From the NCBI GenBank assembly GCA_011109175.1, contig RDEW01000030.1, positions 180,094-244,093 of the forward strand: DNA of 64,000 bases, read 5' to 3'. The position numbers were made by a program, and so were the translations under genes. Shown here piece by piece: positions 37,441 through 50,249 of the stretch (its first letter is position 1; each line of letters begins with the position of its first letter). The notes beneath the pieces are model-generated. The model worked only from the letters and a program-made list of their open reading frames with translations, searched no databases and was not told the DNA's origin. The stretch comes from Dicyema japonicum. Taxonomy: Eukaryota > Animalia > Dicyemida.

Positions 37441-40006
37441 ATAAAACGAAAAAAAAAAGATAGCTCTCGATGTCTCATTAAATGTGGAGAGCACTTCTTG
37501 AGAGCAAGTGGAGGAAGTGTTGTTAATAGCTTTTCTGAGCACGGCTTCCCAACTTTCTTTGTTGTGTTTTGTAATATTACGCCTGACTTCTTTATTCAGT
37601 TTTGATTTCCTTTCAGTTACGTCCACTGATTGTCTTTCGAATTTCTTCAGTTTATTTCTCGCTTGGATTAGAGCTCGCGTTTCAGCATCAATTGGGTGTG
37701 ATGGACGTTGAGGACGACCCATCGGAATGTATCTTTTTCGAGCTCGGAATATAATCTCGTTAAAGTATTTGACAGCAGCCTCGATAGATCCGAAGTCCTC
37801 TATCCGGAAGGCCTGAAGGTTTAGCTAGATAAATATGTGAAAGCGGGTCATATTGCCTTTGAGAAGTTAATATTGGTTCTTGGAGTGTTCATTAACTTAT
37901 GTTTTTGTGGAATCCCCATGAAGATCGGGTTATGGTCAGTATGCAAGTCGTATATAACATCCCATGAAATAACAGCCGCAAGAAAAGGAACGACAAAGAA
38001 GTGTCGGGTGAAGTAGGTGAGTCGCCTCGACGGGAAGGGGCCCTTGTGTGTTTGCTTATTAAAATGATCAGGTTGTCAAAACTTTCAGATATGAGGGCTC
38101 TCCGTTGATCCAGTTGTTGGTCAGCATACTATTGAGAACTCTTAGTATTTAAGTAACCGCCAATTAGCGTGTTTTCCAACCTGGTGAATCGCTTGAGTTC
38201 GGGGCTGTAGCCGCTGGGGCATGACGGTGGAGGGATTATTTACATATTGATAACTGTCAATCGGAGAGAGGTAGGCAGGTTCGTTCGGAATATTTCTGGC
38301 CATTATATGCTTCCTGATTAGCGTAATCAGGCCTCCTCCCTTTTCATCACCTCTGTTTCGTCCGAAAACGGAATATCCCGGAAAGTTGGGGGTTGATCGC
38401 CGTGGATTAAGTTTCGTCTCTTGGAAAAGAGCTATATCCACTAAGTTTTTTGTTAATGAGAAAGCGTTGAGTTCGGCAATTTTTGTTCGGATACCATTGA
38501 TGTCAATTTGTAATTGACTATGTCTGGTCCAGGATTTTCCTCGACATCTCCACAGGAAAGGAGTAGGATTCGACACCATCCGCACGTCCATAGTTTCGGG
38601 AGTTTGCGACTCTTTTCCAACACTTCAAGCGAGCGATGCCACCATGTAGGCGAGACACACGGCATGAAAAAATAAGACTGATCGACAAGACCACGTGGTT
38701 TTGTCTAAGTTTTCAAGTTTTCAAGTTAACGAGAAAAACGTTAGACTAATAAAATATTTTTTATATAATGAAATTATTGTCAGCAACATAGAATCATATT
38801 AACTATTAACCACGTGCGGCTTTAGACAGATGATCAGCATAGTTTTTTTTCAGCTTTGAATCTCGATCCTTTATATCCCCGAAATTTCCTTCCCTGTTCA
38901 AAACTTCGCGGTTCTGATGTCGTTTGAGTCAGTTGCATTGTCTATGCTTGCGAGAAGGTGAAAGAAATGGGTTTCATCCATAGGAATTAGACGTTTCGTT
39001 TGTGGAAAATTGTAAATGAATACTATTTTGAACAACTTCCCTAAGATCAAAATTTATAATTCTTATTTTGCATTGGAATCGTTAGCCGTCCCCTTTCTAA
39101 TGTTTTCATTTGTGGAAGTGACTCCGTTCCATTATTTGTTTTCAAATTACTTGCTAGTAAAACAGGATAACTAACTTTATTATTTTTTAATTTAACCACA
39201 AAAATACATTTTTTCAAAAATTCTAGTTTATGTTTTTTATTTTTATTATACTCTTCATTTAGACTTATGACTCAGTGTCATAATTGCTGGACACAATTCA
39301 GATATTTCCAATCTCGCCACTATCCATTCAGGCTGAAGGTTCCACGCATCTAGGATACTTCCTGGCTTTACGAGTGACGCCGCTATCACTGATATCTCAC
39401 TGCGAGACGAGATTTTCTACAGGGACTCACACGCAACCGAAAAAAACTAAGAACATACCTTTTCCCCCTTTCAACTATTAGTTAGTAAACTGCTTAAAAG
39501 AACTTGGGGGATCATTGTCAGAAGTTGCATGTATAGGAAGATAATTAATATGATTCTATGTAATAATAGTTTAGTTTTATATCAATCAGGTACTACTCGT
39601 TTAAAATCATCTGAGGCAGAATTCTGTCAAAAAGTCAAGAGACCATTTGCCTACAAAGTGCTCCTTGATTTTAAAAATGTAGAATAAAATATTCATGATT
39701 TTGACAAATTTCATGTAAGAATTGTTAGCAGTAGTTTCCAAAATTTTCAGAAAATTAACTTTAAAGGATATTAAAATCGATAAAATTGATTTTTAATTTA
39801 AAAATTTTAAGAATTTTTTAAAATCTCATCGACAAATGGAAATTATTTTAACAATATTCCTCAAAATATTAACTTTGAATAAAATTGAAGAAAAAAACTA
39901 AGATTTAAGTTTCATACCATCAACACTTCGTTGTTTGAGTGGTTGAACCTCCCTAATAATGTCTTTGTATTGTCGTATTCTCTGTCTCTCTACTTTTTAA
40001 TGAAAA

Positions 40007-40350
40007 AAAACTAACAGGACTGATAATTGAAAGTACTGTAAAAGCGAACCCCTATGTATTCATACGCTTACGGAAAACGTGGAAGTGCTCTTAACTAAGT
40101 AACTATTGAGGAAGAACTAATAAAACTAACAGACTGATAGTCGAGAGTACTGTAAAAGAGAAACCATAAGTATTCATACGCTTACGGAAAATGTGGAAGT
40201 GCTCTTAACTAAGTGACTATTGAGGAAGAACTAATAAAACTAACAGAACTGATAGTCGAGAGTACTGTAAAAGAGAAACCATAAGTATTCATACGCTACG
40301 GAAAATGTGGAAGTGCTCTTAACTAAGTGACTATTGAGGAAGAACTAATA
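40007..40350. repeat. Three tandem copies of a ~115-bp unit
   Basis: aactaacag.actgata...gtactgtaaaag...ggaagtgctcttaactaagt.actattgaggaagaactaata, three times. Confidence 0.95.
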
Positions 40351-40514
40351 ATTTTGAAATTTGACATTAAATATTGATGAAATTGAGTTTAAAATGTACT
40401 AGCCTGACAGATAATAACGCTATTGTGTAAAAAAGTATATTTCTCAATTTGTATCTTAGTAGCAGAAAAAAATCCATATCGCAATAAAATCAAATTTTTA
40501 AATTTTTGACTAAA

Positions 40515-41288
40515 ATGGAACGTGACCAGAACATAAACGATCATCTGGCTCAGATCAGAGCTAAAATAATCCGCCAAGTTTATATTTCATAGAACCATTT
40601 ACCGAAAGTATAGAAACTACTGAATGCAAAGAATCGAATTCATGAGGACAACTATAGATCTTCATCTGCTGAAGGAAGTGACTTTTTGTTGGGACATCAC
40701 GAAGACAGTTCTGGCAGTGACTATCACTAAAGTTAAATTTAGGATTCAGAAAACACGACAGATTTCAGCTTCACAGAGAACTCACGAAGCGGCAAAATTA
40801 CATAAATCGTCTAAAAAAGGTATTTTATTTTCTAACTTAAAGCAACTTGAAAATCTTGAGAACCCTTTAACATACGATGACCCATACATTCATCCTGATG
40901 GTGGATTCTACCCAAAACCACCACCCTGTAACTATGATGCTGGCAGCTGCTGTCAAAACTATTGTCCTCAACCTCCATGCTTCGGGACAAATCCGTTAGA
41001 CCTCTGTCAACCTAACTGTACTCCGAACTGTTTGGTGAATTACGGAGACTTCTCTGCGGGCAGAGCATTTAAGAAATCAGGTATAATAAAAAATGAATCG
41101 AGATTATTATGAAATGATGGTTATGCAGAATGCCCAGGTAAATCAAATGGTTATGCAAAAATGATGATTGGTACGATTAATAATTCATGTCAAAAAGTAA
41201 TGATTAGTTGATATTGCAGAATCAATGTGACGACAAATGCTGTGGCCACACAACTCATATATTTGATCGGCCAGAAAGTAAAAAATAG
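40515..41288 (+). CDS. C21orf58/PRR29-like (DUF4587) protein; introns 22-36 nt; apparent 1-nt deletion near 41160; 3' end uncertain
   Basis: HLAQIRAKIIRQ|KLL, RELTKRQNYINRLKKQL and DYYEMMVMQNAQVNQMVMQ match the MLMQNAQMHQ-type DUF4587 motif. Confidence 0.6.
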
Positions 41289-41489
41289 TTAATCATATTT
41301 ATTGTCTTTAAAATTAAAAAAATTAAACTTTTAGTTTTTTTGAACATTAAAATAAAAATATAGTTGTGACAAGGTCTCCATTATGGCTTCAGTCATTTAG
41401 CACGCAACGAGAGTTACCCTTCATGATGACGAGGCAAACTTATAGTTATCTTCATAAGTCATGTTGAAAGGGTTATCTAGTCGATCTAG

Positions 41490-41900
41490 GTAGCTGTGGG
41501 AACGTCCGCTTTGGTAGTTGCCTTCCTGTTATCCACCGGTTTCCGTCACTTTGCCATCAATGATCCAATGGCATGTAGGAAAGAAAACGATTTAGGTTCT
41601 AGAATATCCGAGGCTTTAGCTGTCACGTGCGTGAAAACAGAATGTTCTCCTATGGTCAAGTATTTTTTAAGAGGAGCCGATTCTGAGTGACTGGCTGTTA
41701 TCATAAGGTTAGAAAGGGAGAAACCATCTATACAAGTGGTGTGCCAGGCAAGGTATTTACCACCCTTCCATGGGAGAAGAGTTGTGTCAGGTCTTTCATT
41801 CATGCTGTTCATTCAGCGGGGCTCCAGTCGTACTGGATATCCAAGGCTTCGAGCTTTTCCGCAATTCCCATTAATCGTCTCATGCTTCTTGCTCCTTCCG
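41490..41900 (-). mobile_element. Degenerate CRE fragment
   Basis: RPDTTLLPWKGGKYLAWHTTCID. Confidence 0.75.
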
Positions 41901-42269
41901 GCACTCTGTTGACTTTAAAATTTTCCTTTTTTGTAGTGAAAAAAATTGATCGTCAGAAACTCCAGATTCTATATATTTTTTATTCCACATAAATACTACT
42001 GCAACAATTTTCAAATCTGTTCAGCTGCGAATGAGTTTCTCCTGCTATCTTTATAATTCACATGTACACCAATATTGACATCATAATGCCGATAAATTGT
42101 TCCGTAGTTTATTTTGATAGATTACTTCGAGCCACTTTGCTTAGCTTATTCTTCTGGAATAAGTGACTGAAACTCCATGACGACTGAGATCCTCAGTCAG
42201 CTATGTTTTTCATAGTGAAGAGGAATATACTAAGTAAGCGTTGATGATTGATAGGCATTAACCAAAATG

Positions 42270-42316
42270 TCCCCTGTAGTATAGTGGTCAGTAGACCGCG
42301 TTGTTCCCAGCGGGGG
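42270..42316 (+). pseudogene. 5' half of a tRNA-like sequence
   Basis: TCCCCTGTAGTATAGTGGTCAGTAGACCGCGTTGTTCCCAGCGG has a D arm and anticodon-arm-like region but no T arm. Confidence 0.45.
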
Positions 42317-42559
42317 AGTTTATTTTGTTGATCATAAAAACATTTTAAAATTATGGTGTTCAAAGCATTCTTCTTTTTGCTTGGTATTTACTTTATCAGT
42401 ATAGTTATCCTCTCACGTGTTGTGTGACGTAGTCGGCTTAATTTTTCCCTCATATATTATATTGACAGTTCATTCTGACAGCCCAAATGCTGACTCTGTC
42501 AAGGGGAGGGGAACCTTAAGAAATATTTGTTTTATTGGAAATCGTTTGGAATTAATTTT

Positions 42560-43200
42560 ACTTTTGTGAGCCTCAGGCTGTTTTCCCTGACAATAGTAAT
42601 TGAGATACACTCTCGAAGTCATCCAGTCTCGCGTAGATCCTTGGTCACACTTTGGATCACTGAGCCGATCTGACGAACTAGGTCGTCCCCTTGTGGGCAA
42701 AGCATTCCTGACGTCTCAACAGCGAAAAGGTCAAACAAATGATTTTTCAAAATGTTTCAGTACTTCTCTTCTGATTCTTGAATTGATTGGGATCCAAAAC
42801 AGTGGTGGACAGCAGAGGAAAGTCATTTTGAGACAGACATGGTGGGGGAAACGACTCGCGCTAAACTTGCATGATAAGGGATGGTAACCATAGGGATCGA
42901 TCCAACGTCCACAACGACATTTTCCTTCAGCACATAGTTTAAGGCCAAGACGGATAGAGCTTACTCCATCATCATCCAACGGGTTGTCAATTTCAGCACA
43001 TGGGTAAACAAGCTGCTGACTGGTAGCTAGTTGTTTTGAGGGATGCAAGTCTTTTTGTATCCCCAGTGCTCTCAAGGAAAACCTTCTTCTCAAAAATACG
43101 TCTTGAATACGTTTTTCATTAGCACGGCCCTCCGAAACATTAAGATAAAAGTTCTTCCATAAGTTCACAACTCCCGATGTTTAAACGTCTACGACTATTT
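42560..43200 (-). mobile_element. Degenerate CRE fragment; its 3' end is repeated at ~53545-53610
   Basis: DDDGVSSIRLGLKLCAEGKCRCGRWIDPYGYHPLSCK...FPHH. Confidence 0.75.
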
Positions 43201-43997
43201 CCACTGACTTGTGTTAACTGGCTTATACGTCTAGTTTTTGTTGATGTTTTGGTTGACCGGAATATTATTTTTTGAAATCCAGCATTTTTAAAATTATTGA
43301 TATTCATAACATCATTCACGACATTAATCCTCATAGGTTTCATTCGCGACTACAAGGCCTACTTTAATAGTAAAATCCTCCACCTTAATCGTGAAAGAGA
43401 CATTTAAAGACATTAAGACGTCAAAAAGAACTACCTTAATTAAATAAAGAACAAGTACGTTGATTTCTAAAGTCAGAAATGAAACATGGACTGCCAACCA
43501 TACCAGCGATGACACTAGTTCTCGCATATGCTGAAGACATAATCGTCATATCAAAGGACAATTGTGTTGAGACAGCCTCTGGTCGACTCCAAGACTTACT
43601 AGACTGTCTGAGAATTTAATTTTAAAAAAATTACTATCGACAAGCTCTGAAAAGTCCTCCACAACTTTATTTACTTCCGATAAATATTATTCGGGTTACT
43701 TTTAGATGTCCTTCTGAATGGAATAAGCGCCAAAATGATACCCTCGAAGCACCGGTGTGTTCCGAGTGTATAGGAAGTGTATTGGTCGTGAGAGGGACAT
43801 CAAGAAAAGTAGAGAAGGCTAAAAAGAGAAGCTGAAAAAATCACCTAGTGGGGGGTGCTTCCTCCCTAACATAGCGGTGATTTTTTGTTTTTAAGTAAAA
43901 AATTATCTAGTTGTACTAATTCACTTTTGAAAAGTTTAAGGTGCTCCCTCCTTTTCGAATCTTTAGCGGTACTAGCTGCAAAACACGCGCAACGATG

Positions 43998-44311
43998 ACT
44001 TGAGCAGATACGCGTTAAAGAAACTCACCGCGCACGTTGAATTAAAAGCAAGGCACGTTTCTTGGCTCCGCGGCATGGTAATTACGTCAACCGAATATCA
44101 CTTCTATCATGTCAGACAGGTTCCAGAAAGCATGTAAACCCGGAAAAATAATGAACTTGAGCAGATACGCGTTAAAGAAACTCACCGCGCACGTTAAATT
44201 AAAAGCAAGGCACGTTTCTTGGCTCCACGGCATGGTAATTACGTCAACCGAATATCACTTCTATCATGTCAGACAGGTTCCAGAAAGCATGTAAACCCGG
44301 AAAAAATAATT
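43998..44311. repeat. Near-perfect tandem duplication of a 157-bp unit
   Basis: acttgagcagatacgcg starts at 43998 and at 44155; few mismatches. Confidence 0.95.
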
Positions 44312-44369
44312 AATAACAGACCTTCAGAACTTATTTGGAGTTTGTCTCATAATCTCAATTAAAAAATGC

Positions 44370-44441
44370 AGGACCCACCGAGATTCGAACTCGGGTCTCC
44401 GGATTCAAAGTCCGAAATGATAACCACTACACCATGGGTCC
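44370..44441 (-). tRNA. tRNA-Gln(TTG)
   Basis: GGACCCATGGTGTAGTGGTTATCATTTCGGACTTTGAATCCGGAGACCCGAGTTCGAATCTCGGTGGGTCCT; paired acceptor stem; T6 Pol III terminator 3 nt downstream. Confidence 0.96.
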
Positions 44442-45399
44442 AGTTTTTGGAAAATTTTATATTATCATTTCTAAGTGATATTCTTCGTTGTAATTATTTC
44501 TTGTACGAATATTAGGCCATTTGATAAAATGCTCACAAAAGCAGAAGTTATAATGATGAATCCACCCTTCCTCTCAAAAAGTGAGATCTCTTACTAAATT
44601 CTATGTTTGCATACACAACCAGTACAGAGCCTGAACCGATAAAGTTGTTGCCTTCTAAAACCCCATTGATTACTCATTTGACATGTACAGATTAAGTAAA
44701 GACTTCACTTCGGAATTCTAAGAAAATTTTCATAAAAGCATGATATTTCTCTCAATAGAATTCTGAATTTAGTGTGTCGTTTCTTAGTGTCTTAAGTTTT
44801 AAAATATTATATTTTGTTTGCTGACATCGATTACTATTTAATTTTTGTTATTCCTATCATTTTTGACTATTTCACTTTCCCTACAAATAGATTTTTGTTA
44901 AAACTCATGAAATTTAAATAGAACATTGTAAAAAGAATTTTTCAAACCAGGTCGTCATCGTAATCAAGTATTAGTTGAGACGAAAGATATCTTCCACGTG
45001 CCCTATTGAATTATTGTTAGTTGAGACGGTGTGTGGGACTAAAGAATGCCTCGGATACGCCTTTTAAAAGCATTGTGAGCCTAATTGAGGAGTACAAACA
45101 TATGGCTGAGATGGAAGGATACAAAACTGGGTAGTATCAATATCCAGTTATATTTGTAGATATCGATCAGACGGGGGTGAAATTTTGAATTTACCTTACC
45201 TTAAGTTGAGGAAGAGTTACAGTACTTCTAATTTATAAAGTATTGGAGACTTCAAGCACGTGAGAAGGTGGAAAAGTGTAGATTATTTGAAAAATTATTA
45301 AATAAAAAAAGATATATTGTTAATTCAAATAAATCTATCGTTCCTATTTTATTCTTCGCTGATTGCCTTTACATGGTGGCTTCATCAAATTCCACAACG

Positions 45400-45640
45400 G
45401 GAAAGGTTTCTCATATCTCGGGCAAGAGTCCATATATAGTTTGATGTCCGGCCCGAGGGATGGTCAGGGGACTTTGCCATCTTGAGGAAGTCCCTGTCAC
45501 GTTCCGTAATGTATTCCATGATTGGGGGGACGTTTAGTGTTTTCCGTAGTAACGAAGTGGACGTTTTTTTCGACGATCTCAGTAGTATTCTGAGACATCG
45601 GTTTTGTAAAACTTCCAGCTTTGATCATTTAATTAATTTT
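45400..45640 (-). mobile_element. Fragment of the 2A-LINE family (RT C-terminal region)
   Basis: Close to 35820-36000. Confidence 0.75.
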
Positions 45641-46399
45641 TTAACATCTTCCTTGATGAGGATCTCAAATTAAAATGTGGTTCACCAATTTTGTAAGTTT
45701 TGGCAACGCCTACACAAGAGGGAAGTTTTTGCAGAATTGTCCTTTGATGATCATAAATGATCCATCACAAAATACTCCCTACAACTTAACGACCAACTCC
45801 ATCGGACATTAATTTTTGTTCCCCCGCCTTGATTACGATGACGACCTGGTCTGATCTTTGGTTGAGTTAGTGATGCGTCTCATTTGCACCAAGTCTTCAT
45901 CACATATAAAGGGGCGTGCCTAGAGTGGGCCATAGGGACAGCTAACCCTGGCAGTACGCTGTAGGGGGTAGCAGATCAAAATCTTAGAGTTCACATTATT
46001 AATCTATACTTACTTTTTTCTCGATATTTTCTTATCATAGACAAGATCTACTGCTAGAGATCATCGTGTTCTATAAACATCGCTAAAGACTTGGAGCGTA
46101 CGGGTTCTAATCGATGGCAGGTGCATGTTCGCTGTGATTTCCCTTACCATTCTTCAGTGACGTTTTCATTGCTATGACGATGATGTCACGTTTGACGCTT
46201 GCGTGCGAGGCGTATTGTGCTTTGGTTACCGGTATGTTTAAACTGAGTCCAATGATTATTATTGAATACGACGGTTGTTTCTCCTTGCTACAGTTTTCTG
46301 TTTGGATTTCCTGTGTGTATTGATTTCCTCAAAAATGATCAGACAAATGAAGCGAATATAACCTAGTCAGGCTCAAAATCGCCACAAGAAGTTCAGAGA

Positions 46400-48600
46400 A
46401 GCTGTTTAGATGTGTGGGTGAAGAAGCAATGAGTGGCAAAAACGATCAATCGGAGATGCCTACAAGAGACAAAAGTACAGGCTGGAATGGACGAGCTACA
46501 TGGAGACTATAGACTCATTTTACTACCATCGTCATCAAGACACTATGGACAGAGGTTTGCCGTGCACAAGAAACTTGTTCGTGGAGTACATCGGTGTTGG
46601 AGTGTTAACGACAGAATCAGCATACTGCAAATACGGGTTGGGGTCAAACACACGTCGAGGGCCCTTATCTCAATTATATATGTTTATGCACAGTGGACGG
46701 GTTGCCAAAGATTCGTACGAACTTGACGCTTTCTACGTGCAGCTGTCGAGGACATATGCCGAACTGGAATCGTCTTTCTAGTCTTCATTGCCGGAGACTG
46801 GAATGCTAAAGCAGGAGTACGTCGGGAACATGAGTCGACTATCGGAAGACACGGAAGAGGGACTCGAGGTCGGACTCGAGGTCATACGTAGGGGCCGTTG
46901 TGGAAAGCGACCACAAGATAGTCGTGGCCCTGTTTGATATTACAAGTCGCTATGCACGCACTTCAGAAACAAAGCCATCTCAAGTCATACAGAGAGGATA
47001 CCTAGTCGAGAGATTATGTTTTTCATACTCCACTCGAAATATCTATCGAGCATCTATGGAACATTATCTACAAGCAATAAAGACAGGTCTTCCCCCGGGA
47101 GTCACTTGGACGCATACAATGAAAAGAATTCACATAGCTGCAGATGAACACATTGGTAAGCGACCACACAACACACGAGGTACGGACGAATGCCATCCCG
47201 ATGTCCCTGCACTAGCTACAAAACAGAAGGATCTTCGACTATCGCTAGAAAACATGACGAACATAGACAGTAAATGACGGTGCGAGTTGGGAGTACATCA
47301 TCCAGAAATTTTTCGACGACTGTGGGTACTTTCCCTCTGGGAGACTCCCTTTCCTCTTTGCTGTTTGTGGTATACCTGGAGGTAGCACTGCGTGGTCTTA
47401 TAAGTTTTTATAATGGCCAAATCACCGAAATTACATACGCTGATGGTGTGGATTTCGGGTGTCCAGACATTTGGCCGACAGGAAATTCTAAGTTTAAAAT
47501 TCAGAGATAAAATTCAAGATAAAAACATTTACTTAAAGGTTATGAGAAAGCGGATGTTTTATAGACACTCTTTGTGAAAAAAGATCTGTGCCATCCTTCA
47601 AGTGAATTCGTAGTTCTTGGGAGGCCTTCTGCCTGTCTGTCGTGTACATTCCACATTTCCAAACTAAACAATGGTCTTCTTCTCCTACCACGTTGCAAGG
47701 CTTCGATCAATGGTGTCTCAAAATAGGTCAGAAGATCTCCCAACACGTCATCATTCTCGTCATCTATAGTTTCAAGGAGCGCTCAGAAACTCTCAATGAC
47801 TTGAGGTACAGGAACAAATGCCAGTGCATTTATGCTTAATTTAATTGTCGGCCTAATATCTGTTGGCCAAATGTCCTAGTACCGGAGTTCGTATCGGAAG
47901 ATAAAGCAGCCTTGTGGCGGTTACTTGACGTCGCCCCTGCACAACTTGGAAAATGGTTTCTTACGGTGAATACAACTAAAACTGAAATTGTGAAAATCGT
48001 ACGCATGGGATCAAGATTGGAAGAGGGATGGAGACGTTCCAGAAAGCTCGGCTCCCTCCTCGGAAACAGTGAGGACATAACTCGTAGGAAAGTACTATTG
48101 ACGGTCGCACTGAACAGGATAAAGACGGATTTGTTGGCTAACAGACCGGTAACAACCGTGCTTCGTATGCGCCTCTATAATGCTTTCGTGAAGCCGGTCC
48201 TGCTATATAACTCTTCCTGCTGGGGGACCTCGGTCTCAGAAACCAAAACTCTTAACTCCTTCCACCGAAGGCAATTACGAATACTGTGGGGAATACAATG
48301 GTCGACACGGATCAACAATGAGGCACTGTACCGAAAGTGCTCAACGCGACCTGTGACTTGGGATGTGGTGGAGGCCCGATGGAGACTGTTTTGACACGTC
48401 CTACGGATGGACCACACATCACCTGCAAATTTGGCAATGGATGAATATTTCGCTGCAAGTGGAAAGAAATATCGGGGCGCCCGCGTACTACGCTACCGGG
48501 GGTGCTGGGTGAGGATCTCAAGGCAATCAATCGGAGGCTCGTAAGTGGGGGAGATCTGGATTCTATGAGAGGTTAGTAACAGGGGAGGATGGACGAGTTG
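46400..48600 (+). mobile_element. Degenerate RTE LINE (EN and RT) split by a MULE insertion
   Basis: CLQETK, SRHYGQRFAV, VNDRISIL, SDHKIV, PLGDSLS, KLGSLLG, RLYNAFVKPVLLYN, RWRLF. Confidence 0.88.
47458..47883 (-). mobile_element. Mutator-like (MULE) deletion derivative with short TIRs and 8-bp TSD
   Basis: ALAFVP...LLTYFE...RRRPLF..EMWNVHDR..EGLPRTTNSLEGWHR; TIR gacatttggccgacag / ctgttggccaaatgtc; TSD GGATTTCG / GGAGTTCG. Confidence 0.85.
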
Positions 48601-48959
48601 ATCCGAAAAATCGATTTTAGTGCCGCACGTGTGGAAATATAACAATCATGATTCTATGATAGCCGCATATAACAATAATAATAAACACCTCACCTTACTC
48701 GATCTTATTCATTCTCCTAGCACTCGCTCCGAGCAGCAGAAAGCTTTGCACGCCCCTGCACACATGAGTCTAACAGAGGATATAGTCATGTGTGGCACAA
48801 TTAATTAGTATATTTGAAATTTTGTTAAAATATTATAAAAATGTTAAAAATATTTTTTTGTTTTTTTACTCTTAATTAATATTTTATTTTTTAGTATAAT
48901 AATTCAAATTTCCTCATTATTAAGATTAGTGGTTTTTACTCAGAATTAGTGATATTTTA

Positions 48960-50181
48960 CCAAAGTTACCTCCTCTTCTTTCTTTTCTGTTTGTTGCACT
49001 TTTGAATTTGTTGGAATAGACTTTCACTAATTCGATGGGTCTGGTTGATTATGCATTTGTTGAGTTTAACTGAAGTGAACGAAAATTCTACGTTTTTGTC
49101 TGTTTTTTAAATCTGCGATGAACTGAGTGTAGGCTGAGCATCCCAGCCAATTGTCCGATAAGTTTAGGTCCTTCAGATGCTTGCTCAAAGACAGTAACTC
49201 TGAGATTTTCTGGAAAAGTCGAATTGAAGTGACACTTTTTTGAGTCTCGTCGAGTTCGTTGTTGGACAAATTCAATTTTTCAATCCAAGGAATCACAGTC
49301 CTTACCTTTTTTCGTTTACGAACTTGTTTTAACGGAATAAACAACATTTTGGTTTTTCTACTTTCTTTTCGTTCTCCTTTCTCTCCGACTCCACCAATGC
49401 CGAAATGATGCTGTAGGTTCCTTCATTCTGAAGTCTGTTCCCCTCCAGATTGATAAATCTGCTATAAAATGTGTAATCAACGTGAGTGACGTGGAGAGAA
49501 TTAATTCTGCTAATTCGCTTGCACTTTCCGAGGTTATTTCGGAAAATCTAAGACTGAGGCTTTTCAAGGATGTGTTCCCTTTAAAATCTGCAGCCAAATA
49601 CTTGCATCCCCTGTCCCCAATTCCAAATTACCATAATATTGTACTTGTTGCAGTCCAAAGTTATATTTTCTATGTTATTCAGTTTTGAAAGCGCTCTTTA
49701 ATGCTTTATGATAGGAAACCCGGATAAAGTCGCCATCTTGTCCCCATCGAGGCCATTCTCGATGAAGACGACCTGTGTCAGCTTTAAATATCCGTCGGTA
49801 ATAACTCGATTCTAGAATGGAAGGAATTTATTACAAGCATTTCCACACATTGGTGACTCAGGAAAATATGGCAGAGGTGGACCTCTTTCACGAAGCAGTA
49901 GCAGGAATCTTTAACAGCGAATAACAGTGGGTAAAGAACGACGGGGGTTGATTCTAATTTATGGTTGATGGTAATCTGGAATGACAAATGGTGGTAACAG
50001 AAGTGAGTAATTGCTCAGCTTTAATATTCTCCTTCATATTATTCATGATAGATGTGCTAGTTTGTGTGCTGTATTTTAAGCAATATTTCTTGTATGATAT
50101 CATTAATCTCTTCATCACTGATTCTATCGATTCTGCCATTCCCGGAGCATTTGCTGACTTGCTTCTTCTAAGGTTGCTCAT
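48960..50181 (-). CDS. Multi-exon RNI-like leucine-rich repeat protein; exon structure partly unresolved
   Basis: LRR segments GCKYLAADFKGNTSLKSLSL, GNRLQNEG, IEKLNLSNNEL, LKDLNLSDNWLG; N-terminal ORF 49954-50181. Confidence 0.6.
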
Positions 50182-50249
50182 ATTTCTTGGATATAATATT
50201 AATGATTATTAAGATATTTATTTTTAATTTTAATATATTTATGGATAAC

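Larger units (their letters stand above)
35695..38690 (-). mobile_element. APE-RT LINE with N-terminal 2A peptide, apparently lacking ORF1 (Ingi/Vingi-like); interrupted by two insertions
   Basis: GDVEENPGP, then INGIRTKIAEL, LFQETKL, KGGGLITLI, TDHNPI, PSIWKKSLIHPILK, RVLEKEI; tail ttcggggttaataaa. Confidence 0.8.

Noticed and set aside
38600-38700. Possible Pr77/HDV-like ribozyme at the 5' end of the 2A LINE
   Set aside because: Only a 6-bp hairpin found; HDV topology could not be built by hand (an RNAMotif/Infernal search would settle it)
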